A DNA stretch of 64,000 nt from an uncultured Planctomycetales bacterium. Its GTDB lineage: Bacteria; Omnitrophota; Gorgyraeia; Zapsychrales; Zapsychraceae. The notes below the pieces were generated by a model, which saw only the letters and a program-made list of their open reading frames with translations, was not told the origin of the DNA and did no database searches. This document shows positions 9,629 through 17,523 of the stretch, piece by piece. The translations under genes were made by a program, and so were the position numbers. Numbering within the stretch: the stretch's first letter is position 1; the number at the start of each line of letters is the position of its first letter. The DNA lies in assembly GCA_964535935.1 (NCBI GenBank), contig CAZHWM010000004.1, positions 47,569 through 111,568 of the forward strand, written 5' to 3'.

Positions 9629-10921
9629 ATGGTAGTTGATAAAGACATGCATAAAGATAATTTTATATTCAAAAACAAAGAGTTGTATTGCGAAGGGGTT
9701 AGAGTTGCAGATATTGCCAAGGAAGTCGGAACGCCTTTTTATCTTTATAGTTATAAAGCATTAGTTGACCGTTTTAATGAGATTAAGTCAGCCTTTAAAG
9801 AGGTTTATCCTGTTATTTGTTTTTCTATGAAATCAAATAATAATATAGCTGTCTTAAAGGCATTGGTGGATAAAGGGGCAGGGTTGGATATAGTTTCAGG
9901 TGGGGAGCTTAAAAAGGCCTTGATGGCGGAGTGTCCTGCTGAAAGGATTGTATTTGCTTCTGTAGGAAAGACATCAGATGAGATAATCTCAGCAATTAAG
10001 GCTGGTATATTATTTTTTAACGTCGAATCCATAGCAGAGCTGGAAGAGATTAATATTTTGGCAGAGAGGTTGGGTAAGAAGGTTCAGGTAGTATTGCGTA
10101 TTAATCCGGATGTTGAGGCAGCTACTCATGATGCCATTAAAACAGGTACGCTTGAGAAGAAGTTTGGAATAGATTTGATGAATGCATATAAGATATTTAT
10201 GTCAAAAGATACATATCCTAGTCTTAAGTTAAGTGGGATACATATACATATAGGCTCACAGATTACATCTATACGTCCGTTTGTCTCTGCAATAAAAAAG
10301 ACGGTTGCATTTATAGATAGGCTTAAAAAAGATGGCATTTGTCTTGAATATTTTGATATAGGCGGTGGGTTTGGTATAAGGTATAAGGATGAAAAGCTAC
10401 AGCCTGTTAGCAAGTTTGCTGCGGCAATAATCCCATATCTTAAAAAGGCAGGCTTAAAGATAGTTATAGAACCTGGCAGATTTATAGCAGGGAATGCAGG
10501 GATTTTTGTAACGAGTGTTTTATATTTTAAAGACAATGGTGTTAAAAAGTTTTTTATTGTTGATGGTTCTATGAGTGAGCTTATCAGACCCTCGCTTTAC
10601 AGCGCGTATCATAAGATAATCCCTGTGAAAGAAACTACAGTAAAAAAGATAAAGGTTGATGTTGTTGGCCCTGTTTGTGAAAGTGGTGATTTCTTGGGAA
10701 AGGATAGATTATTGCCTGAGCTTGATAAAGGACAGCTGCTTGCTGTGATGAGTGCAGGAGCATATGGTTATGTAATGGCAAGCAATTATAATATGCGTCC
10801 GCGACCCGCTGAGGTCATGGTGAAAGGCAATCGGTTCGATATAGTAAGAAGGAGAGAATCTTTTAAAGATCTTATTAAAACAGAAAAAATACCGGAGTTT
10901 TTAAAAGATGAAAACAGTTAA
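9629..10921 (+). CDS. lysA: Diaminopimelate decarboxylase
   Basis: FSMKSN (PLP Lys), HIHIGSQ, DIGGG, EPGR, GPVCESGD, GAYG; the start may be 9647. Confidence 0.97.
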   Translation: MVVDKDMHKDNFIFKNKELYCEGVRVADIAKEVGTPFYLYSYKALVDRFNEIKSAFKEVYPVICFSMKSNNNIAVLKALVDKGAGLDIVSGGELKKALMAECPAERIVFASVGKTSDEIISAIKAGILFFNVESIAELEEINILAERLGKKVQVVLRINPDVEAATHDAIKTGTLEKKFGIDLMNAYKIFMSKDTYPSLKLSGIHIHIGSQITSIRPFVSAIKKTVAFIDRLKKDGICLEYFDIGGGFGIRYKDEKLQPVSKFAAAIIPYLKKAGLKIVIEPGRFIAGNAGIFVTSVLYFKDNGVKKFFIVDGSMSELIRPSLYSAYHKIIPVKETTVKKIKVDVVGPVCESGDFLGKDRLLPELDKGQLLAVMSAGAYGYVMASNYNMRPRPAEVMVKGNRFDIVRRRESFKDLIKTEKIPEFLKDENS

Positions 10922-11729
10922 ATTCACAAAGATGGTTGGGGCAGGTAATGATTTTATTGTTGTGGATGCGCAGACAGGGATGAATTACAAACGTCTTGCC
11001 AAGCTGATATGTGATAGGAAAACAGGGATAGGCGCTGATGGTCTTCTGGTATGGGATAAGTCAAGGCGTGCTAATTATAAGATGCGTATAATTAATAGTG
11101 ATGGCTCTGAGGCAGAGATGTGTGGTAATGGCGTACGGTGTATGGCAATTTATATACTTCATGAAAAGCAATTTAAGAAGAGGGAATTCAGGGTTGAGAC
11201 AAAGGCTGGTATTATACATTGCCATACAGATGGAGCAAGTGCAGCGGTCCGTTTATCTGAACCGTTTGGTTTACAGGAAGACATCCCTTTGAAGATTAAT
11301 AGGAGAAAGATACGGGTAAATTATATTGATACAGGTGTGCCGCATGTGGTTATTTTTGTTGAAGACATAGATGGTATTGATGTGCCTAAAATCGGAAGGG
11401 TTATACGTATGCATAAAAGGTTCTGGCCTAAGGGCGTAAATGTAAATTTTTGCGAGCAGGTTGATAGAAAGACGATATCTGTGCGTACATATGAAAGGGG
11501 TGTTGAGGATGAGACATTGGCATGCGGAACAGGGAGTGCGGCATCTGCTATAATTACATATCTTAAGGCTAACCCAAAGGTTACTAACAAGACTAATGTA
11601 GGGATGAAAGTAAAGACATATAGTGGTGAGATTTTACGTATTAGTTTTGATTTGGTTGACAGGCGTGTTACTAATGTATGGCTCAAGGGAGCTGCAAAGT
11701 TTATTGCCAAGGGCCAGTATTATTGGTGA
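10908..11729 (+). CDS. dapF: Diaminopimelate epimerase
   Basis: GNDF, EMCGNG and ERGVEDETLACGTG motifs. Confidence 0.97.
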   Translation: MKTVKFTKMVGAGNDFIVVDAQTGMNYKRLAKLICDRKTGIGADGLLVWDKSRRANYKMRIINSDGSEAEMCGNGVRCMAIYILHEKQFKKREFRVETKAGIIHCHTDGASAAVRLSEPFGLQEDIPLKINRRKIRVNYIDTGVPHVVIFVEDIDGIDVPKIGRVIRMHKRFWPKGVNVNFCEQVDRKTISVRTYERGVEDETLACGTGSAASAIITYLKANPKVTNKTNVGMKVKTYSGEILRISFDLVDRRVTNVWLKGAAKFIAKGQYYW

Positions 11730-11823
11730 AAAAATTTTAGGATTAACTGGTAATATTAGTTAAGTAACAACGATTACGGAATTATATAGTATAATAATAT
11801 AGCAAAAACAAGGAGAGGTAAAG

Positions 11824-12702
11824 ATGTTTAAAGGTTCTATAGTTGCATTGGTTACACCGTTTAAGAATAACCGTGTGGATGAGAAGAAGCTGTCAGAATT
11901 AGTTGAATTTCATATAAAAAAAGGGACTGATGGGATTCTACCTTGTGGGACAACAGGTGAGTCGCCTACATTGTCTCATGAAGAACATAAGCGCGTAGTT
12001 GAGGTGTGTATTGAGGCTGCAGCTGGCCGTATTCCCGTTATTGCAGGCACAGGGTCTAATTCTACAGCAGAGGCTATTGAGCTGACGAAGCATGCTGCTA
12101 AGGCAGGGGCTGATGCAGCCCTTGTTGTAACTCCTTATTATAATAAACCTACGCAGAAGGGGTTGTATTTACATTTTAAGGCGATTGCTGATGCAGTTGA
12201 TATCCCTATCATTCTTTATAATATCGCAGGCCGTACTGCAAGGAATATCGAGACCCCTACTGTTGCAAAATTAGCCTATGATTGCAAAAATATTATAGGA
12301 GTAAAAGAGGCTTCAGGTAGTCTTGATCAGATGCAGGCCGTTAAATTAGCATGTCCTAAAGATTTCCTTCTTATTTCTGGGGATGATGCATTAACACTTC
12401 CAATTTTAAGTGTAGGGGGGGTAGGGGTTATATCTGTTGTTGCGAATATAATTCCTTCTGATACTGCTAAGGTTATTAAGCTATTTGAGCAAGGAAATAT
12501 AAAAGAGGCTCGCAGGCTTCATTTTAAGATGTTACCTTTAATTAAGGCCATGTTTCTTGAAACAAATCCTATCCCTGTGAAGAAGGCAATGGATATTCTT
12601 GGTCTATGTTCATCTAAATTGAGGTTGCCACTCTGTGATATGAGTGGGGAGAATACAAAAAAATTAAAGACAGCATTGAGAGAATATGGGGTGTTGAAAT
12701 GA
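11824..12702 (+). CDS. dapA: 4-hydroxy-tetrahydrodipicolinate synthase
   Basis: GTTGE, PYYNKP, LYN, GVKEA and NPIPVK motifs. Confidence 0.97.
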   Translation: MFKGSIVALVTPFKNNRVDEKKLSELVEFHIKKGTDGILPCGTTGESPTLSHEEHKRVVEVCIEAAAGRIPVIAGTGSNSTAEAIELTKHAAKAGADAALVVTPYYNKPTQKGLYLHFKAIADAVDIPIILYNIAGRTARNIETPTVAKLAYDCKNIIGVKEASGSLDQMQAVKLACPKDFLLISGDDALTLPILSVGGVGVISVVANIIPSDTAKVIKLFEQGNIKEARRLHFKMLPLIKAMFLETNPIPVKKAMDILGLCSSKLRLPLCDMSGENTKKLKTALREYGVLK

Positions 12703-12737
12703 TGGTTTAATTAACAAAGAGAGAAAGGATCTTGGTT

Positions 12738-13457
12738 ATGTTGAAGTTAGCAGTTACAGGTTGTTATGGTCGTATGGGGAAAAGAATTACCCATCTGGCC
12801 TTAGAAGATAGTGCTTTTAAGGTTGTTTGTCTTCTTGAACATGCGGATAGATGTAGGGAAACGGATAATGTGGCAGGTATTAGTGTTGGCAGTAATATTG
12901 ATGCTGTTAAGGATGCTGATGTTCTTATTGATTTCACAACACCTGAGGCTACTATGGAGAATGTTGCAAAATGTCTGGAGCATTCAGTAAAGATGGTCAT
13001 AGGGACAACAGGCCTTAACGTTGAACAACAGCAGAAGATAAAACAAGCATCAGAAAAGATAGCTATTGTATTTTCATCTAATATGTCTGTAGGCGTTAAT
13101 ATCCTTTTTAAACTAACACAGATAACAGCAGCTAAGACAGCAGGTGTATATAAGATTAGAATAGAAGAGGCGCATCATGTGCATAAAAAAGATGCTCCGT
13201 CAGGTACGGCAAAAACACTGGCAAATATTGCTGAAGAGGCATCTTCAAACAAGGTTGAGGATATTAAATCTATTCGTGAAGGTGAGATTATAGGTGATCA
13301 TACAATCACTTTTGAAAGCGATGAGGATATTATTATCCTTTCTCATCATGCAAAGACTAGGGATATTTTTGCAAAAGGTGCTTTGGTTGCAGCAAAATTT
13401 GTGTTTGAGAAGGATAATGGCCTATACAATATGCAAGATGTATTAGGTTTAAATTAA
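12738..13457 (+). CDS. dapB: 4-hydroxy-tetrahydrodipicolinate reductase
   Basis: GRMG, GTTG and EAHHVHKKDAPSGTA motifs. Confidence 0.97.
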   Translation: MLKLAVTGCYGRMGKRITHLALEDSAFKVVCLLEHADRCRETDNVAGISVGSNIDAVKDADVLIDFTTPEATMENVAKCLEHSVKMVIGTTGLNVEQQQKIKQASEKIAIVFSSNMSVGVNILFKLTQITAAKTAGVYKIRIEEAHHVHKKDAPSGTAKTLANIAEEASSNKVEDIKSIREGEIIGDHTITFESDEDIIILSHHAKTRDIFAKGALVAAKFVFEKDNGLYNMQDVLGLN

Positions 13458-13518
13458 GCTATATTTTAGATGTAGCTTTTGTATGGATATTTTGGTAGAA
13501 GAAAAGGAGATATTATCT

Positions 13519-14685
13519 ATGTCTTTTGAGATTGAATTTTCCGATAGATTAAAAGAATTACCACCCTATTTGTTTGTTGAGATAGATAAGGCTAAGAGGA
13601 AGGCATTAAGTGAGGGACGTGATGTAATAGATCTTGGCATAGGTGATCCGGATTATCCTACACATCCTCATATTGTAGAAGCATTGAAGAAGGCTGCAGA
13701 AGATGGGGACAACCATCATTATGCATTGGATAGCGGTATGCCAGAACTAAGGCAGGAGATTGCCTCTTGGTTTAAGAAGAGATTTTCTGTTGAGATGTCT
13801 CCGGATACTGAGATATATCCACTCATAGGATCTAAGGAGGGGTTGGCTCATCTGCCTTTGGGGATTATTAATCCAAAAGATAAAGTGCTTATAACAGATC
13901 CCGGATACCCTGCCTATCAATCATCTATTATCTTTGCAGGAGGCAAGATTACTTACATTCCTTTAAAGGCAGGCAATGATTTCCTTCCTAATCTCTCGCA
14001 GGTAGAAAAGATTAATGGTGTAAAGATGATGATAATTAATTACCCTAATAATCCAACAGCTGCGGTTGCAAATAAAAAGTTTTATGAAGACTTGGTTAAT
14101 TTGGCGAAAGATAAAGGCTTTATTATTGTTTCAGATATGGCCTACTCTGAGGTATATTTTGATGACGAAAAACCTATGAGTGTATTTGAGGTAGATGGGG
14201 CAAAGGATGTTGCGATAGAATTTCATTCTTTCTCAAAGACTTATTATATGACTGGCTGGCGTATTGGATGGGCAGTAGGAAATGGAAAGTTGATAGCCAC
14301 GCTTGCTAAGGTCAAGTCTAATTTTGACTCAGGCATATTTCAGGCAATACAGATCGCAGGTATTGCTGCTCTTAGAAGTGATGATGAGATAACAGAGGAT
14401 ATGCGGACACTTTATCAGGAGCGTAGAGATTATTTGATAAATGGATTAAGAAGTTTAGGATGGAAAATACCCGCACCAAAGGCAACGTTTTATGTATGGG
14501 CAAAGATACCTAAGGGGTTTTCTTCTTCTATGGAGACTGCTAAGACATTTTTAGAAAAGGCAGATATTATTGTTACTCCCGGTAATGGTTTTGGCAAGGA
14601 AGGCGAAGGGTATGTTCGTATGGCATTGACTGTTTCTAAGGACAGGATTAATGAGGCAGTAGATAGGTTAAGAAAGGTATTATAG
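13519..14685 (+). CDS. dapL: LL-diaminopimelate aminotransferase (class I PLP aminotransferase)
   Basis: LPPYLF, LGIGDPD, GSKEG, NYPNNPT, SFSKTY.MTGWRIG; position in the dap operon; SD AAGGAG before ATG 13519. Confidence 0.88.
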   Translation: MSFEIEFSDRLKELPPYLFVEIDKAKRKALSEGRDVIDLGIGDPDYPTHPHIVEALKKAAEDGDNHHYALDSGMPELRQEIASWFKKRFSVEMSPDTEIYPLIGSKEGLAHLPLGIINPKDKVLITDPGYPAYQSSIIFAGGKITYIPLKAGNDFLPNLSQVEKINGVKMMIINYPNNPTAAVANKKFYEDLVNLAKDKGFIIVSDMAYSEVYFDDEKPMSVFEVDGAKDVAIEFHSFSKTYYMTGWRIGWAVGNGKLIATLAKVKSNFDSGIFQAIQIAGIAALRSDDEITEDMRTLYQERRDYLINGLRSLGWKIPAPKATFYVWAKIPKGFSSSMETAKTFLEKADIIVTPGNGFGKEGEGYVRMALTVSKDRINEAVDRLRKVL

Positions 14686-14721
14686 TAATAGGTGAATTTT
14701 TTATTTAAAGATTTTTAGTCT

Positions 14722-15153
14722 ATGCCTATAGCGTATCTTGGTTTGGGCTCTAATGTTGGTCGACGTAAAAAGAATATCCTTATGGCGATTTCTCTTTTAA
14801 ATAGAAGAGGGATAAAGGTGTTGAATTGTTCTTCTATTATAGAGACTGAACCAATAGGAGGGCCTCTTCTGCAAAGAAAATATCTTAATGCTGTTATTAG
14901 GGTGAAGACTGTCTTATCCCCGTTGGGTTTATTGGAAGCTATAAAACATATAGAACATTTTCTTGGTCGTGTAAGAACAATAAAAAATGGACCTAGGACT
15001 ATTGATATAGATATTCTTCTTTATGGTCATACAGTTATGCATACTCCTGAGTTGACCATTCCTCATCCCCGTATGTTTAGCCGTGATTTTGTAATGGCAC
15101 CGCTTATGGAGATATATCCTGAGGTAAAAGGAATGTTTTATGCGTATAATTAG
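14722..15153 (+). CDS. folK: 2-amino-4-hydroxy-6-hydroxymethyldihydropteridine diphosphokinase
   Basis: YLGLGSN, GPRTIDIDILLY and IPHPRM motifs. Confidence 0.96.
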   Translation: MPIAYLGLGSNVGRRKKNILMAISLLNRRGIKVLNCSSIIETEPIGGPLLQRKYLNAVIRVKTVLSPLGLLEAIKHIEHFLGRVRTIKNGPRTIDIDILLYGHTVMHTPELTIPHPRMFSRDFVMAPLMEIYPEVKGMFYAYN

Positions 15154-15985
15154 AAAAATAAAGACCATTCAATCGTTAGTGAAAAAATTAAGACAACAAA
15201 ATAAAAAGATTGGTTTTGTCCCTACCATGGGGGCGTTACATGAAGGTCATTTATCTCTTATACGTCGTTGCCGACGAGAGAATGATATAGTAGTCTTAAG
15301 TATATATGTTAATCCCACTCAGTTCGCTCCGGGGGAGGATTTTGATAGATATCCAAGGCAAGAAAAAAAAGATAAATTATTGTCGAGGAAGGAAAAAGTT
15401 GATATAATATTTTATCCGACGGATAAAGAAATGTATCCCGACGGTTATCTTACTTATGTAGAGGTGAAGAAGATAACAGAATGTTTATGCGGGCTATCAA
15501 GACCAGGACATTTTAGAGGAGTTACGACAGTTGTTTCCAAACTCCTTAATATTGTTTTGCCTGATGTATTATATTTGGGACAGAAGGATGCTCAGCAGGC
15601 CGTAGTATTAACTCGAATGGTCCAGGATTTAAATTTTCCTGTTAAGGTAAAGATATGCCCTACTGTGAGAGAACCTGATGGTTTGGCAATGAGTTCACGT
15701 AATAGTTATCTTGATCCTATTCAGAGACAAGAGGCTGTTGCACTATATGCTTCATTGAGACAAGCAAAAAGAAAAGTAGAAAACGGGAGTAGAAATGCAT
15801 CAGATATAGTAAGTTTTATTGAATCGTATATTAGAGAGAATACGTCAGCTGATATTGATTATATAGAATGTGTTAATGTAGATAGTTTAGAAAGATTGGA
15901 TGTCGTTTCCGGCAAGGTAATGATAGCATTGGCTGTCAAATTTGGGAATACACGGCTTATTGATAATATTATATTTAAGGTATAG
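15140..15985 (+). CDS. panC: Pantoate--beta-alanine ligase
   Basis: VPTMGALHEGH, RPGHF.GV, GQKDAQQ, AMSSRN and RLIDN motifs. Confidence 0.97.
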   Translation: MRIIRKIKTIQSLVKKLRQQNKKIGFVPTMGALHEGHLSLIRRCRRENDIVVLSIYVNPTQFAPGEDFDRYPRQEKKDKLLSRKEKVDIIFYPTDKEMYPDGYLTYVEVKKITECLCGLSRPGHFRGVTTVVSKLLNIVLPDVLYLGQKDAQQAVVLTRMVQDLNFPVKVKICPTVREPDGLAMSSRNSYLDPIQRQEAVALYASLRQAKRKVENGSRNASDIVSFIESYIRENTSADIDYIECVNVDSLERLDVVSGKVMIALAVKFGNTRLIDNIIFKV

Positions 15986-15994
15986 AAGGTTAAT

Positions 15995-16816
15995 ATGCGC
16001 AGTAAAAGGATTAATATAGGTATTATTGGATGTGGTGCAATAGGTTCTCGTATTGCCGAAAGTGTTAAAAAGGATATGACTCGGCAGGCTAAGGTTAGTG
16101 CCTTGTATGATGTGGATGAACAGAGAGCAATGGCCCTTGCGCGTAAGTTGTCTATCAAGGGAGTGGTAAAGAGTTCGTTGCAAGAGGTGGTTGATAATTG
16201 TGATTTAATGGTTGAGGCCGTAAGTGCAGCTAATACACGTAGCATAATTCGAACAGCCCTTCTTGCCAAGAAAAATGTTCTTGCCATGAGTGTCGGAAGG
16301 TTATTGAATTCCCAATCTTTGTTTGATTTAGCAAAAAGGCAGGGATGTTCCATCCTTTTACCTTCAGGCGCGATATGCGGTATAGATGCAATAAAGGCTG
16401 CTGCTATTGTGGGAATTGATTCAATTACTATTACTACACGCAAACCACCAGCAGGGCTTGCAGGTAATCCTTATTTTGAAAGTAAGGGTATAAGGTTATC
16501 TAAAATAAAAAAAGAAACATTGGTCTTTGAGGGCAGTGTAGATGAGGCAGTAAAGTATTTCCCTAGAAATATTAATGTTGCTGCTACATTGGCCTTGGCC
16601 TCTGGTGTAAAAGACAAGATTATAGTTAGGATTTTGACCTCACCTAAATATGTTTCTAATACTCATGAGATTGAGGTGAAGGGCAGTTTTGGCCGAATAT
16701 GGACACGTACCGATAATGTAGTGTGCCCAGATAATCCAAAGACTAGTTATTTAGCGGTGTTGTCTGGGATGCAGACTTTAAGGCAGTTTTGTTCTGGGAT
16801 TGTAATAGGTACGTGA
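15995..16816 (+). CDS. nadX: L-aspartate dehydrogenase
   Basis: GCGAIG, SGAICGID, FPRNINVAA, NTHEI and NPKTSYLA motifs. Confidence 0.9.
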   Translation: MRSKRINIGIIGCGAIGSRIAESVKKDMTRQAKVSALYDVDEQRAMALARKLSIKGVVKSSLQEVVDNCDLMVEAVSAANTRSIIRTALLAKKNVLAMSVGRLLNSQSLFDLAKRQGCSILLPSGAICGIDAIKAAAIVGIDSITITTRKPPAGLAGNPYFESKGIRLSKIKKETLVFEGSVDEAVKYFPRNINVAATLALASGVKDKIIVRILTSPKYVSNTHEIEVKGSFGRIWTRTDNVVCPDNPKTSYLAVLSGMQTLRQFCSGIVIGT

Positions 16817-16935
16817 TTTTATAGATTTGCGGGAGGAGGATCCTGCCCTTCTAAAAGGGGATCTAAAAAAATTTGGAACAATATTGTTATTTTTAGGATA
16901 TGGCTGTAAAGATAACCTGAAAGGAGGTGTTAGGC

Positions 16936-17385
16936 ATGGCCAAAAAAGTAGCTAAGGTAGGCATAAAAAAAGAACCGGGGTATTTGTATTTTGTTGATAA
17001 GGATGGTGATGTATCATGTGCGGTAATGGCTCGTGGGACTAAGAAAGGCGGCAAGCCGAAGAAGGTTGCAAAGGTAGGAATAACAAAAGAGGCAGGGTAT
17101 TTGTATTTTATTGATAAGAATGGAGATATATCATGTGCCAAGATGGTACGAGGTGGGAAGAAAAAGAAGACGGCTGCTAAGAAAACAGCTGCTAAGAAAA
17201 AGACAACCGCTGCAACTAAAAAGACTGCTGTTAAGAAGACAGTAAAAAAGGCCACAGTAAAGAAGACTGCTGCTAAGAAGACAGTAAAAAAGGCCATAGT
17301 AAAGAAGACTGTTGCAAAAAAGAAGGCTTCAGCTAAGAAGGTCTCTACAAAGAAGAAGGTAACCAAAAAGGCTAGAAAGAGATAG
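16936..17385 (+). CDS. Highly basic protein with two copies of a ~32-aa domain and a Lys/Ala/Thr/Val histone-H1-like tail
   Basis: SD AAGGAGG before ATG 16936; KKVAKVGI.KE.GYLYF.DK.GD.SCA.M.RG occurs twice; KKTA/KKTV repeat tail. Confidence 0.85.
   Translation: MAKKVAKVGIKKEPGYLYFVDKDGDVSCAVMARGTKKGGKPKKVAKVGITKEAGYLYFIDKNGDISCAKMVRGGKKKKTAAKKTAAKKKTTAATKKTAVKKTVKKATVKKTAAKKTVKKAIVKKTVAKKKASAKKVSTKKKVTKKARKR
17221..17304 (+). repeat. Two near-identical 42-nt tandem repeats inside the H1-like tail
   Basis: aagactgctgttaagaagacagtaaaaaaggccacagtaaag / aagactgctgctaagaagacagtaaaaaaggccatagtaaag. Confidence 0.85.
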
Positions 17386-17416
17386 TAAATAATTTTTTTA
17401 TAGAGGTTTTGTTTAT

Positions 17417-17492
17417 AAAGCCACAAGGAGGTCAGGATCGGTTACTCGATCGTTGTTGTGTTTTGACATCCTTGTGGCTTTCTGGTTTTTTT
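17417..17492 (+). terminator. Long hairpin with T-tract after the H1-like gene
   Basis: AAAGCCACAAGGA pairs with TCCTTGTGGCTTT; inner stem GTCAGGA/TTTTGAC; a T run follows. Confidence 0.7.
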
Positions 17493-17523
17493 GTAACTAT
17501 CTATATAATAACATGTTAGGGCA

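Noticed and set aside
17221-17304. CRISPR-like repeats
   Set aside because: In-frame coding tandem repeats without spacers, and no cas genes
16893-17426. 177-aa hydrophobic minus-strand ORF
   Set aside because: Antisense mirror of the Lys/Ala/Thr repeats of the H1-like gene, which has the SD and terminator
17490-17523. SOS box upstream of uvrA (TAACATGTTA palindrome)
   Set aside because: Short, AT-rich and not matching any LexA motif I can confirm
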